Notes: a model not told the origin generated them from the letters alone. A stretch of DNA of 63,361 nucleotides, filler included, from Basidiobolus ranarum (GCA_040143965.1; 36 parts of 36 records of this genome joined end to end with filler, not necessarily neighbours in it), one strand, 5' to 3'. Positions 37,010 through 51,183 are shown, counted from the first letter of the whole stretch. Translations and numbers: made by a program.

Positions 37010-38870
37010 NNNNNNNNNNNNNNNNNNNNNNNNNNNNNNNNNNNNNNNNNNNNTTAATTAATTAANNNNNNNNNNNNNNNNNNNNNNNNNNNNNNNNNNN
37101 NNNNNNNNNTTTGATAGACCTGTCAATTATAGAACTATGTGTAACAGTAGTACATAGGGTTAGAAATGTTCAGCTCTCTACGAGAATGGAGATTACAAGT
37201 TTTTCTTGACATCAATTATTTAGGAACTGGTTGCAGTGATATTTCTGAACATAATAGGCATATGTTTGACGTAAATATAAAACGGAATTCTGGCCACGTT
37301 CGACTAAAACTGGTAACTGCTAATAAAAAATATAGATTTTCCAACAGTTTTATTCTTCCTAAATATTTCTCTAGATCTGGATTCACATGAAAAAAACCGC
37401 AGTTCTGATACCAGTCTTAATCTCTGGCACTCATTAAAAGTATATAATTCAATGAGCCTACACTGTCATCTTATGTAAGGCTCCTGATGCTTTGTAAAGT
37501 TGACTCTCTACTCTCTCGTGCAAGGAAAAAAAGGTACACAGTTGGAGGTGCATATTATTCAAGGCGAACGAAAGTGAAATGACATGGTAATGATCAGAAA
37601 TGTCAAAAAGTATGTTGTTAGTGAATCTCTCAATATTTCTATCCCTGGAATTGTAACGTATTTTAGATTTCCAGTAGAAAGCAGAATCCAATCATATTAC
37701 CCGATTCTCTATTACAGTAATATCACGCAACAATTAATACTTATAAATCTTATCATACTTGGCATGAATTGGGGAAATACTCCATTACTACTACTTCAAC
37801 TCTAGAGAAGGGACGAGAATCAACAATATTAAGATTCTAGCACCGAGCGTTTACTGACGATCATCTATACTCTGTATGGTTGCTAGAGAGGATGGTTTAA
37901 CCAGTAAGGTTTCATTAGAATTTGTATGATTCCTCAGTTAGGCAAGATTCAACTCCAATGTAGCTTAGATAAAGACAAGTGATCGGAGTTTCTATTCCCC
38001 CATCTGGTTCATTTCCAAATAGAGATATTATTTAGTGCTCAGCAACGTTATTAATCCCATTTATTAACATTCCATTTGCTTTTTCTCACTCTTCAATTAG
38101 TCGCATTTAGAAACCACCCACGCTATATGTGATTGCCATATGTGATTGGACCTGAGTTAAGAACTATCTCAATCGAAGTTTCAGCTCTGTTTAACTAATA
38201 AGTTATTTTTCTACCATGCTATTGACAATAATATCATTGATTATCATGCCTCCTTTCCATGCCTCCTTTTCCTGACTGATATAAAGTAACTATTTAGTGA
38301 GGTCATTTTGATGTAGAAACAAATCGTTAGTACCTTGTAAAGTTATGGTTAGAAAGTCACAATAACATCAATGATGAACCATACCGATACCAGACCATTA
38401 CGATTACGACTACGCCCTTTCCATTGAAGAATGTTCATGGATTGATGATGGAGTATGATAACAATATTATCAAGTCTAGATTCATGCTCTTCAGGATCAA
38501 GAAAAATACTAAATCCAACAAATGATTCCATGTTTAGTTAGATAATCCAAAACACTCATTGCTTAGTTTCTTCTATTGATTTTGATCCGTAGTTTTTAGC
38601 TCAATTTAATACAAATTCAAATAAATATCCTAAAATCGAATTCCGAGGATAGAAATCCCCGAAGATTCCATGAGTAAAATCATGCTTCTCATCGTTCCTG
38701 ATCATTTACTATATATTCCCACTCTTGGTCACCTTTCAAAAAGTACCTGTGTTTACACATTCAATCATCTNNNNNNNNNNNNNNNNNNNNNNNNNNNNNN
38801 NNNNNNNNNNNNNNTTAATTAATTAANNNNNNNNNNNNNNNNNNNNNNNNNNNNNNNNNNNNNNNNNNNN

Positions 38871-39033
38871 GTTTTGAGAAAATAGTGAAAATTGGTAAAA
38901 GTGATCTAATTGATATTTCTATCAATTAGAGCAATAAACACACATTTTTGAATAACAGAATTGAGTGCTAAATAATCAGAACATGAATAAACTAACTACT
39001 AAATAATGAGTTGCTATTTACCTAATTTCAACA
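38871..39033 (-). repeat. Copia family A LTR, part, inserted in family C RT
   Basis: Ends CCTAATTTCAACA at the RT WVFK region. Confidence 0.8.
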
Positions 39034-40530
39034 TGTTTAAAGTTAAACAGCAAGCTAATGGATTTGTAGAAAGATATAAAGCCAGACTTGTGGCTAAAGG
39101 ATACTCTCAGATGGATGGAGTGGACTACAATGAAACATTTGCTCCTTTAGCAAAGTTTAATTCCGTCAGGACCATAATTGCAGTAGCAGCAAAGCATGGG
39201 TTAAAAATTCATCAAATGGATGTTAAAGTAGCATTTTTGAATGGGGACTTGAAAGAGGATATATTCATGGATCAACCAGATGGTTTTGTGGATCCTCAGC
39301 ACCCTGAGGACATGTGTAAGCTACAATAATCACTTTATGGCCTTAAACAATCACCCAGTGCCTGGTACACTAAGATAGACACATACTTGGAATCACTTGA
39401 TTTCCAAAAGAGTATGGCAGATTTGGAATCTACTTTGAAACAGATAAGGACAGTAAGGTGATACTTGCCTTATATGTAAATGATCTGATTATAGCTACCA
39501 ATAATGATGAAGCTCTCAGGAAAAGCAAAAGAGATCTATCAGTCCAATTCACAATGACCAATTTAGGTGAGTTTATGTATTTTATAGGTCTGCAGATCCA
39601 TACAGATATATTGAGCAAATCTATCACTCTGATGTAATCTAAATACATCTCAGACATTTCCAGATTGATAATTGCAAGCCAGTAGCAACTCTCATGGATC
39701 CAAGTGTTAAACTATTTAATAATCCTATCAAAAAAGATGAAAACTAGCAAAATATGGCCCAAAATATGTCATTTGAAAGCCCTGAGTTCCCTTATCAATC
39801 TATGGGAGGTAGCTTGATCTATGCTATGACTGGAACCCAACCCAATATCTCTTTTGCAGTGGGAGTAGTCTGCCAACATGTGCAAAACCAAGGATCTCAG
39901 CATTATAGAGCAGTTGAGTGGATTTTGAGATATTTGAATGGGACAATGGATATGTGATTAAGATAGACATATTCCCATGTGAATAAGGATCTAATTAGGT
40001 TTAGTGATGCAGATTGGGGATGTGATATTGAGAACAAAAGATTGATCACTGAATATACGTTTCTCTCTAGTGAAGCAGCCATATTTTAGAATAGCAAGAC
40101 ACAACCCACCACAGCACTTTCAGCAACTGAAGCAGAATACATAGCAGCATCACATATGATAAAGGAGGCTATGTAGCTAAGGAAACTGCTTAAAGACTTG
40201 AGCATTTTTTAAAGTTCATGCACTATATTTTTAAGCAATAATCAAAGTTGTATTTCTTTAGCTAAAAATCCAAAATTTCATGCTAGAAGTAAGCACATGA
40301 TGTTCAACATCACTTTGTTAGGGAAGCTATTGAGAATAAGCTTGTCCAACTACAGTACTGTCCAACTGATGACATGCTTGCTGACATCCTTACCCAACCA
40401 TTACCAAAGCCAAAATTTAAAGAATTAAGATTTAAGTTACAATTAAGATATATGAGTATTTAGTTGAGTGGGAGTGTTGAAGTTTATTGTCTTTATCATA
40501 TATGTTATCCCTATCTTTATACACCTAACT
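39034..40530 (+). mobile_element. Copia family C RT/RNase H, PPT and 3' LTR start (40475)
   Basis: YKARLVAKGYSQMDGVDYNETFAP; FSDADWG; GAGTGGGAG|TGTTGAAG. Confidence 0.92.
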
Positions 40531-40630
40531 NNNNNNNNNNNNNNNNNNNNNNNNNNNNNNNNNNNNNNNNNNNNTTAATTAATTAANNNNNNNNNNNNNN
40601 NNNNNNNNNNNNNNNNNNNNNNNNNNNNNN

Positions 40631-42290
40631 AGACAGAACAGATTCAACCTTCTTAGGGTCCATGGAGATGCCTGATGGGCTGATGTTATATCCAAGGAAT
40701 TCAACTTGAGCTTGATCAAATTCACATTTCTCAAGTTTAGCTAAGGAGCCTAGAGGTTTTCAACTTTTCTAGGACTTGCAATTCATGAATATAATGTTCT
40801 TCTTGAGAGCTTGAGAAGACCAAGATAATGTCAAGGTAGATTACCACAAATTGGTCAAGATACTCTCTGAAGACATCATTCATCAGGTGGTGAAAGCCTG
40901 CAGGGGCTTTGGTAAGTCCAAATGGCATAACATTGTATTCAAAGAGTCCATAGAGAGTTCAAAAGGCAGTTTTCCATTGGTCTCCTGGTTTGATTCTTAC
41001 AAGATTGTACGCACCTCCATGATCAATCTTTGTAAAAACCTTGGCTGAAGCAAGCTGATCCAAGAGTGGGTTGATTAATGGCAAGGGGTACTAATTATTA
41101 ACTGTTATGCTATTTAGGCCTTGATAATCAGCACAGAGATTGAGGGATCCATCCTATTTCTTAACAAATAAGACTGGAGAGCCTGCTGGGGACTTTGAAT
41201 GTTGGATAAATTCTTTTTCCAGATTTAATGAAATGTGCATTTTCAGAATGTTGAGTTCTGGCTGGGTAAGCCCATATATAGGCCTAAATGGTGGCTGTTT
41301 TCCTTCTTATAGATCTATAGGGCAATCAAATGGGCGGTGAGCTGGGAGTATTTCAGATTTCTTCTTGTCAAAGACTTCAGCAAAGGCTTGGTATTTAGGT
41401 GGGAGCTTAGGAACCATAGGTTTTGTTGGTTTCAGCTCTTCAGCAATACTGTCAATGGATATTGGCTTCATAGATGTTTTTAGGAGCTGGGCTGACAATG
41501 AGTTGGATACTTTGCAGGTTGGTAAATATGGATTAGCAGGTGGAGCTTGCTTTAACATGATAATCTTCTTCTTCCAATTGATTACTGGGTTGTGCTGCAT
41601 GAGCCATGAGATAACAAGGATGAGTGGGTGGTGAGGTGAAGAAATGATATCAAGGGCTATTTCTTCTTGATGAGTAGTGGACATGAGTGTCATAAAGGTT
41701 GTCTCATGTGTTACAGCACCTGATGATAGCACCTTTCCATCAAATACTTCTACAAGGGCTGGACTAGATTCCTTGATTGTTGGGATAGAGTGGGATTTCA
41801 CAAAGACAGAGTCAATAAATCAGGAGAGAGCACATGAATCAAGAAGTGCAGTTGTTGTTATTGACTTGGAATTTAGTAGCAGGAGTGTAATGGGCAGCTT
41901 TAATGATTGGCATGGCTGCAGAGATTGCAATGTATGGTGAAGATATATTTTTGAAGATGGTTTACCCAACTGCATGCCTGTTATTGCGGCTAGGCATTGA
42001 AATTTTCCAAGGGTTGGGAAGAGTTCTTTTACTTGCATATTGTTGATCTTGAATTCAGGTTTCTTTTTTGGACAGGTTCTTGCTACATGTCCAGGAGCTC
42101 CACAATTGAGGTATATATTCTCTTGTTGGCATCAATATATCTCCTCAGGGCTAAGCTTTCTGAAGCAAGTCCCATCAATTTGCATTGAGTCGTCAGCTTC
42201 AGCTGAATTTTGTGTTTGATGGAAGGGAGGTCTGAAAATAGATGATAAAGGAGAGAAGAAAGGAGCCATATTTTGCTGTTGTTGTCTTTC
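40631..42290 (-). mobile_element. Ty3/Gypsy protease-RT remnant
   Basis: ALLDSCALS (protease); LPAHRPFDCPIDL; MPFGLTKAPAGFHHLMNDVFREYLDQFVVIYLDIILVFS. Confidence 0.92.
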
Positions 42291-42390
42291 NNNNNNNNNN
42301 NNNNNNNNNNNNNNNNNNNNNNNNNNNNNNNNNNTTAATTAATTAANNNNNNNNNNNNNNNNNNNNNNNNNNNNNNNNNNNNNNNNNNNN

Positions 42391-43302
42391 CTAGGGAGCA
42401 TAGATATTCCCAGATCAAGAGAGAACTACTTGGAGCTGTAAAGATGATCAAGAAACTAAAGGCCCAACTCTATATGACTCACTTCATATTTGAAACAGAT
42501 GCAAGACCACTTATTGGGAAGGTCAACAAACCCAATCTACCAGATGATGCTACCAACTGCTGAATAGCTTGGCTCAAGATGTTTGACTTGGTAGTATAAA
42601 TACCAGGAAAAATAAATGTTGTTGCAGATGGACTATCAAGAATGGGACCAAGACCTGGTGAAATACACTCTGATGACAATTTTGAACATTCCCTTGATGC
42701 CCACATGTACCAAGTTTCTATCAGTACCCCTATACCTGAAGAATGGAGAGATATTATCCATTATTTGACTATATTACAGAGACCCTAGACCTTGGATCCC
42801 TAGTAATTCAGAAACCTCAGGAGGAAAGCCCATCACTTTTGTGTAAGGGATGGACTACTTTTCAAGCATGTTTAGGCAGGACAAGTATCAAGAAGAGTTA
42901 TCTTTGATTCTAGAGAAAAACATAGGATCATTAAAGAGATCCATGAAGGAGAACCAGGAGGACACCATGGCTACTTTCAAGAACTCAACACTAAGATACT
43001 ATTGGACCAATCAATATCAGGATATCAAAGCATATGTGGAGACATGTGATGCATGTCAAAGGAGATCAACCAAGGATACAAGGAACCACTTTATCCCACC
43101 TATGTAGCAACACTATGGCAGAAGGTGGGAATTGATCTTGTACATATGCCTACAGCTGGCAACAAAAAATAACTTGTTGTTGCCAGAGATGACCTTAATG
43201 TTTGGGTGGAAGCCAGAGCTCTACCTAACAATGAAGCAGACACAGCTTGGAAGTTCATCTTTGAAGACTTTATTGGCTGCTATGGAACTATAGGACAGTT
43301 CA
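42391..43302 (+). mobile_element. Ty3/Gypsy RNase H-integrase remnant (second family)
   Basis: ELLGAVK..ETDARPL; PGKINVVADGLSR; YYWTNQYQDIKAYVETCDACQR; WQKVGIDLVHMP. Confidence 0.88.
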
Positions 43303-43654
43303 TGTTCAAATTAGGTAAATAGCAACTCATTACTTAGTAGCTAGTTTATTGATATTCTGATTATTTAGTACTCAATTCTGTCATTCAAAAACATGTGTTT
43401 ATTGCTCTAATTGATAGAAATATCAATTAGATCACTTTTACCAATTTTCACCATTTTCTCAAAACTTCTCCAAACCACCTCAAATTTTCACCCATGCTTA
43501 ACACATATGTTTGTTATGATCTAAGCATGTCCAATAGTCCAATTTCATAGTAAACTATAAATAGGACATATTCAATTCAATAAAACTTAAGTGTCTAATT
43601 CACAAATCCAAATCTTGTCCAAAACACTTCCAAATCCCCTAAACACTTTTATCA
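43303..43654 (+). repeat. Copia family A solo LTR without TSD
   Basis: TG...CA; left flank Gypsy integrase (GTTCA), right flank CACTA subterminal DNA (CTTTG). Confidence 0.85.
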
Positions 43655-44050
43655 CTTTGATGGTATTCATACATGTTAAAACATTGATCCTGAAATTTGG
43701 CATTTGTTATTCAATATCCGGCAATTTTTGCAAAATATAATTTTTGAATGGCAAATTGCTTGGTTTACTGCTGTAGGAGTTTGAATTAATATGCATGCCT
43801 TTATTTAGATATTTTAGGCTTGGTATTCCAGCCATAATGAGAATCAAAAAATACAAGAATTTTGTTATGTTTAGTCTCTACATATGCACATACTTAACTG
43901 ATTAGACATAACTCAACAACATCAATATGCTTTACCAGTAAACTAATGGTGGAAAAATTGCTAAACATCTGAAACTTTGAATAGCACTGACACTTGGCAA
44001 AGAGCTGACTCTTGTTACCATTCACAATGAGAATAAGCTCTTGGATTTTG
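43655..44050 (+). mobile_element. CACTA end B subterminal region
   Basis: Matches 61340-61610 and 33170-33415. Confidence 0.8.
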
Positions 44051-44499
44051 NNNNNNNNNNNNNNNNNNNNNNNNNNNNNNNNNNNNNNNNNNNNTTAATT
44101 AATTAANNNNNNNNNNNNNNNNNNNNNNNNNNNNNNNNNNNNNNNNNNNNCTAGACTTGACTCTAACTTGCCCAATAATGGTCCAATCAGAGTGATTCTT
44201 GATTCATTGGAAAGCTGTGGCTTAGCTGAGTTCGAATCTTGTGGTTTTGTGCATGTTCGGAAAGTATCGACGCTGCTGTTGATGATCGAAATTTTGGTTT
44301 CTTTTGCTTTGCTCTTTTTCTGCAAGTTTCTTTCTTTAGCTAATAAAGGCTGATTTATGGATAACTTTTGCAATAAAGTGTTTGCATAAAATGCAACACT
44401 ACAACGGTCAATCTAAAATGGATTAAAATTTGAAAGTTTTCCTACGATAACAATCATCAAATTTCTGTTAAAGTACAGGGAAGTCCCCAATATACATGG

Positions 44500-45809
44500 A
44501 TCTACTTGCTTTAGAGTGTAAGTATACAAGATTCTTGATACTATGACCTCAATGGAGTGCATAACCAACTAGGTTATATTGGTCTTCATGAGGTTTGCAC
44601 ATTCTAGCTCAGAGAATTTTTCATAACAAAGATTTCTTGACATAGGCATTGCATATAAAACTGTAAAAGATTGGGCATCTTCCAACTACATTCATTGATT
44701 GAGTTTACATCAAGTTCTAGTGGTTTTGATATTCTTTGGGAGTAGCCATACAGAATCTCCTGACTTGAGATCTGGGCTTGACTTTCTTTTCTTATTGGCA
44801 AAGTTCCTGTATTAGCACTGAGCATGTTCCAACTCAGATATCAATTGTTTATGAATGTCCTTGAGGAAAGTGGCATGGTCTGAGGTAGCAGGGCAAGGTA
44901 GGTTGGATGGTAGGTAAATTGTGAAATATGGATAGAGTCCATAATTTGCAAAGAAAGGAGTTTGTTTTGTTGATATATGGCAAAGGTTGTGTCCATTTAT
45001 CCTGATTATAGTTGATAGTGCAGCGCAAATATTGTTCCAAGAATTGCTTGACTCTTTCTGTGTGGCCATTCAATTGGAGATGGAAAGCAGTGGAGTGATG
45101 GGCAGAGATACCCAAGGTTTGGAGAAAACTTTTCCAGAATTTGGAAGCACACTGAGGTCCTTAGTCAGAGATGATAGCTACAGAGAGTCCATGTAGACAG
45201 AAGATATTTTGAGTTACCAATTCCGCTGTTTGTTTTGCATCAATTGACTTGTTGCAGGACACAAAGTGGGCCATCTTTGTTAGCCAGTCAACAATTATCA
45301 GAATTGAAAGATATTTGCTAGACAAGGGTAGTTTAGTTATGAAATCCAGGAATATGGGTTTCCACTGCTGATGAGAAATTGCAAGTGGCTGTAGAAGGCC
45401 ATAGGGGTGCTGTCTTGGAGTCTTTACTCCAGCACAAGTATCGTGGGTGGAAACATAATTCTTGACAAATACAAACATTATGGGCCATGAATAATCCCAG
45501 GCTGCCAATATATCTGATTTGGCAACACCAAAGTATCCTGCAAGTGGTGAGTCATGTTGTTCCAGCATGATTTTGAGTCTGGAAGTGTAATCTGTAATGT
45601 AAAGGCATTTTGTATAAAACAAGATATCCATGATAATAGAGAAATGGCAGTACATATTTAAGCCTGAGAGGCCTACAAGTATATTATGGGCTTTCTTGAT
45701 TGATATTACCAATGGGTTTTCTGTTGGAGGATCTTGACATAATGGGGGTAGACTTTGAGTATTAGAAGCAACTGATGATAGTGTGTTTTAGTTGCTTTAT
45801 TCTTAAGAG
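44500..45809 (-). mobile_element. Ty3/Gypsy integrase remnant
   Basis: HDSPLAGYFGVAK; YGLLQPL; LDFITKLPLS..IVDWLTKMAHF; HLQLNGHTERVKQFLEQYLRC. Confidence 0.9.
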
Positions 45810-46824
45810 NNNNNNNNNNNNNNNNNNNNNNNNNNNNNNNNNNNNNNNNNNNNTTAATTAATTAANNNNNNNNNNNNNNNNNNNNNNNNNNNNNNNNNNN
45901 NNNNNNNNNAATTAATTTAGTGTATGTTTCAAAATGGCTCAAAGCAGAACACATTATGCTTGATCACACTATAGGAAATTAACTTTGACATTTTAACCAA
46001 TGATATAGAAAGATCCCTAATTCTGATTGAAACCAATAAAGTCTAACATCATAGTTATATATGGTAGTTAGATATCATGTTAAAACAGATTATTCCTGAT
46101 TCACAATCTACTTAGGTACAGGATACCATCACTTCCAAAATTTTGCACATACAGTTGCATGAAGGTGTGGGTGGCATAAAGCAGTGCATGCCTAATAATT
46201 ATACAGATACCCAGGTATCCACTATGAATCCTTGCTTGGATATATGAGTGTTATTCATAGACTTGACAGAAGCTGGGGAAGGGGGCATTAGACAAAAGTG
46301 GAAGCAACTTTTAGCTCTGCTTTGGAGAGAATACTATATCTTCATGCCTTCAGAAGTCTGGAAGAAAATATACAATAAGACTAATGAGGATAGAAAGCAT
46401 GAATTAAGGAATAGGAATTTTGAATAGGAATTTTAATTTTGAGTCTGCAAAGACACAATTCCAATTGCATTTTCACTTGTATGAACCGGAAGCAACAGTT
46501 GCTGCCTCAACTTAAGACACAAAAGATGTTCTAAATAGATATCTACCACTGCTCAATGAGACTTTGCAGCAACTGATGATGGAGGTTCCAGAGTTTAAAA
46601 CAACATTTCAGGACACTAAGGCAAGAGCATTTAACACAGGTGTAAAGAGAAAAGCCAGACAATTTATTGAATCAGAAGATATTCCCAAAGGCAAAAGGGA
46701 GCAGTCTAGACCACTGCACAGAAATACTAGATCACTCCCAATCAAAGAGACTCCTGATCTGGTATCTATTTCACAAGAACAATCCACAAATCTCACCACT
46801 AGAATAGAGGCAACACCTCCAACA

Positions 46825-47568
46825 TGTTGAAATTAGGTAAATAGCAACTCATTACTTAGCAGTTAGTTTATTCATATGCTAATTATTTCGCACTCAACTC
46901 TGTCATTGAAAAATGTGTGTTAATTGCTCTAATTGATAGAAATATCAATCAGATCACTTTTACTAATTTTGACTACTCTCTCAAAACTTCTCCAAAATAC
47001 CTCAAATTTTCACCCACCCTCAACAGGCATGTTTGTTATGCTTTAAGCATGTCCTATAGTCCTATTTAATAGCAAACTATAAATAGGACATATTCAATTC
47101 AATAAACTTAAGTGTCTAATTCTCAAATCCAAAACTTGTTCAAAACACTTTGAAGTCCCCTAAGCACTTTTGTCAGGTTATGAGTTGTGTGAGCTAGCTG
47201 TTAAAGGAATGTCTACCGGTACTATTATTAACATTTTTAAATCCACCAAGAAGTTTGATGGTGAAGACTTTCATCTTTGGAAGTTCAAGATGCAAATGTT
47301 GCTAGAAGACAAGGACATTTGAGGATTTGTTACAGGAGAAGAAATAGAACCAATGGGACCACCAGAAGCTATCCTTGTCTTTCACAAGTAGCATAGGAAA
47401 GCACTCTCTACCCTTTGTATGCATCTCAGAGACTCTCAATTCAGGCATGTACAAGAAGCCAAAAACATCCAAAATGCTTGGGAAATACTTGAGGGACTAT
47501 ATGATACTAAAAGTGAGGCTAATAGGCTATATCTTAGGCAAAAATTGTCCTCAATTCAAATGAAATAT
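46825..47568 (+). mobile_element. Copia family A 5' LTR (46825-47175), PBS and gag
   Basis: TGTTGAAATTAGG...TTTTGTCA|GGTTATGAG; KFDGEDFHLWKFKMQMLLEDK. Confidence 0.88.
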
Positions 47569-47668
47569 NNNNNNNNNNNNNNNNNNNNNNNNNNNNNNNN
47601 NNNNNNNNNNNNTTAATTAATTAANNNNNNNNNNNNNNNNNNNNNNNNNNNNNNNNNNNNNNNNNNNN

Positions 47669-49326
47669 ACCAAGTGTAGATCATCTCAGGATCTTTGGTT
47701 GCACAGCATATTGCCTAATTCCAGCTCAAAAATGCTCACAGTTGGAACCCCAAAGCAGAAAATGCATACTTTTTGGTTATTGTGACGGATCCAAGACCTA
47801 CAAACTGTTTAACACCAAAAAATAGAAGTTAATCAAGGGCAGAGATGTGATTTTTGATGCAAAAGCAAAATTTTCACCTTAAATCTCAGTTCTTGATCAA
47901 GAAAACTCAATCAGCATTATTCAGGAAGTGTCTGACAAAATTCTAGCTGGATTTGAGCACTTTTCAACCAATATTTCAGTCCTAATTACATTCAAGGATG
48001 ATTCAGGACCCAAAAGATCATCCGGAAGGATAAATATGCAAGGAAACTGGTGGAGACCTTGCAATGAAAATGTATATGCTTATGCAGCATTTTGTGACAA
48101 GCCACAGACTCCAGATCAAGCTCTGGAGTGTCCAGAACCTAAATTATGAGAAAAAGCAACGTCTGATGAGTTTTCTTCACTTTAGGACAATTAAACATGA
48201 GTTTTAATTCCTGTTCCATCTGGGAGAAAGCCAATAGGTTGCAAATGGGTTTACAAAGTCAAAAACAGAGCTGATGGAACAATCAAATGGTATATAGCAA
48301 GATTAGTTGCAAAAGGCTATTCCCAGACTTCAGGAGTTGATTTGAATAAAACTTTTGCTCCAGTAGCTGAGTTTAGCTCCATTAGATCAATCCTGGCACT
48401 CTCAGCTGCCCATAACCTTGATCTACATCAAATGGATGTAAAATAGCCTTTCTAAATGGAAATATAGAGGAAGAGATCTGTATGGAGCAACCAGATGGAT
48501 TTGTTGACCCAAAACATCCCAATATGTTCAGTAAACCGCAAATATCACTATATGGACTCAAGCAAGCACCCAGGGAATGGTACAACAAGATAGATACCTA
48601 TTTGGAATCTCCAGAATTCCAAAAATGCTCATCAGATCCCAGTTTTTATATCAAAAAACCAAAAATAAGATCCTTATCTTGGTAGTATTTGTGGGTGACT
48701 TAATTGTGGCTGCACAAGATCTAGAAGCACTTAATCAGACAAAAAGAAGCTTATCAACCCAATCTCAGAAGACTGATATGGGTGAATTAAGTCATTTTTT
48801 TTCAAATCCAAATCAAGAGAGATAAACCCAATCAGAAAACAATGCTGAATCAGTCTAGATACTTCCTAGGCATCCTAAAATGCTTCAACAAGGCAAATTG
48901 CAAGCCTGTATCTTCACAAAGTGATTCAAATGTGAAATTAAATAAAATTTCATCCAATTTGGTCCAAAATGACTCAAATCAAAGCCAGGAGTTCCCTTAT
49001 CAATCCATGGTTGGTAGTTTAATGTATAAAATGGTTGGAACACATCCAGACATTGCTGTGGCAGTGGGAACTGTCAGCCAATACCTCAAGGAAATCAGGA
49101 TCTGAGCACAAAATTGCAGTTAAACAAATATTCAGGTATTTGAGAGATACCGTAGATCTACTTCTGGAATACTCTGCCACTCTTGATGCACAAAATTTTG
49201 AAGGTTACAGTGATGCAGACTGGGGAAGAAACCTTGATGATAGATGATCAACAACTGGGTACACTTTTCTTCATGATAATGGAACCATAATTTGGAACAG
49301 TAAGAAGCAACCAACCATAGCACTTT
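47669..49326 (+). mobile_element. Copia integrase C-terminus, RT and RNase H remnant
   Basis: IGCKWVYKVK; LYGLKQAPREWY; PYQSMVGSLMY; GYSDADWG. Confidence 0.92.
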
Positions 49327-49426
49327 NNNNNNNNNNNNNNNNNNNNNNNNNNNNNNNNNNNNNNNNNNNNTTAATTAATTAANNNNNNNNNNNNNNNNNN
49401 NNNNNNNNNNNNNNNNNNNNNNNNNN

Positions 49427-50460
49427 AAATTCCGATTGAGAATAATTGATAATATCTTAGTGAATTATAAGATAACTAAGTACTAAGCTATATATGACTA
49501 TATAGGTGTTTAGGCAATGCTAATTTCAACAGTTTAGGCAATGCTAATTTCAACAGAATCAACTTGTATTACTCATATTGGTTAGTAGAGCAGACTCTTG
49601 CATGCATAAAAGCACCAAAAACTCTATTTCAACTGTTGTAGGTATTTGGAATGAGTTGCAAGTATTAGGATAATTAGAACAAATATATGTAGCTTTATTA
49701 AATTGAAAGCATATAAACATAATGGCAGGTTAGGGTTTTTATGGTGTTCAGGAAGCTGAGGTTTCATTCTGAGTAGTTTTTGATGTATTTGCAAATCTCT
49801 TTTTTTTGAACATTTCTGACATTTATCAGTGTATGCCAAAATATGTGATAATTTTAACTTAGGAAATGTCAACTTAATAAATGTTGAAATTAGCATTGCC
49901 AAAGCACCCGTATAGTCATATATAGTTTAGTATTTAGTTATCATATACTTTACTAAGATATTCCCCATTATTCTCAAGAGGAATTAACATAAAATATTTT
50001 TGTCAACTTAGAAGTCTTCAGAAATATTGATTTTTCAAGCTTGTGCTAGAATCCCCAAACCTTGTACACATGTTCCTGTAACTTTTCTTAATGTACTCTA
50101 CATGTTAACTTGCTTACATTTTGACAAAAGTATAAATGTCAACTTTCTACTCAATAAGTGAAAACCACCAATTGGACATCTACCCTTGAATATGTTAAAG
50201 TATTTTGGGAGTTTGTTGAAAATGGTTTTTCATACTAGGGAAGTTGATGTTTTTCACTTATTGATCTATTGAATATTCAGTTAACATTTATAGTTTCTTC
50301 AAGATGTAGACAAACTAACATGTAGAAAGTGCTAAGGAAGGTCCCAGGAACTTATGTGCAAAGTTTGGGGCCTCTAAGAGAAGTTTGAAAATCAATATAT
50401 CTGAGAACTTCTAGTAAGTTCCAATTGAGAATGGCGGGCAATATATTAGGGAAATATATG
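49427..50460. repeat. Cluster of Copia family B LTR fragments in both orientations
   Basis: 49427-49555 (-, 24-bp terminal tandem duplication), about 49882-50170 (+), about 50193-50460 (-). Confidence 0.75.
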
Positions 50461-51183
50461 TGTGATTTGAGCTAGCAAACAATACTTTTATAATCCCAAG
50501 TTTAAAGCTTATCTAACAGAGTATTGAGATATATAGCCAACAATATGTTAGAACTAGCATGTAAAGCCCAAAGTTGACTCATAGGCTGCAATGAATACAG
50601 TGTAGGTACATCACGAAGTTTATATTAAAGAATCCAAGACTGCAATTAGGGATCAGATCAAGCAGTGTGATCAATATCAAGTTGAATTATGTAGTGAATG
50701 CAGTGATATTGACATTAAAAAAACATTCTGATTCAACAAGTGATGACTAGCAATGTGCAGTCTTTCAATTAATGATGCTAAATATGAATTCGTCATTACA
50801 ACATATTTACTTATAATAGATGATCTGAAACTTTCTTGCTATAATGGTAAAAGAATTCACCTCAGCCCTAAGTATCCACCTAGCGCTGTCAAGCTTCCAG
50901 AATTATTGGATTGTTCAGATTAATCATATCAGATATTAGTAGATTTTAGTTATTATTTAGGATCATTCAGATATGTCTGAATAATGCAATTTATGGAGTT
51001 CTTTCCCGCTTCTGTTTGTATTCTATCCCCCTTCAATAAAATGGTCTAGTGCTATCCAAAAGAATGAAAGAAGAACTGATAAANNNNNNNNNNNNNNNNN
51101 NNNNNNNNNNNNNNNNNNNNNNNNNNNTTAATTAATTAANNNNNNNNNNNNNNNNNNNNNNNNNNNNNNNNNNNNNNNNNNNN

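Noticed and set aside
46564..46830. 88-aa ORF upstream of a Copia LTR
   Set aside because: CpG-depleted, probably decayed TE sequence; no recognisable motif to support a call
49508..49555. 24-bp direct repeat, a possible CRISPR-like unit
   Set aside because: Simple tandem duplication of a Copia LTR terminus; no spacers and no cas genes
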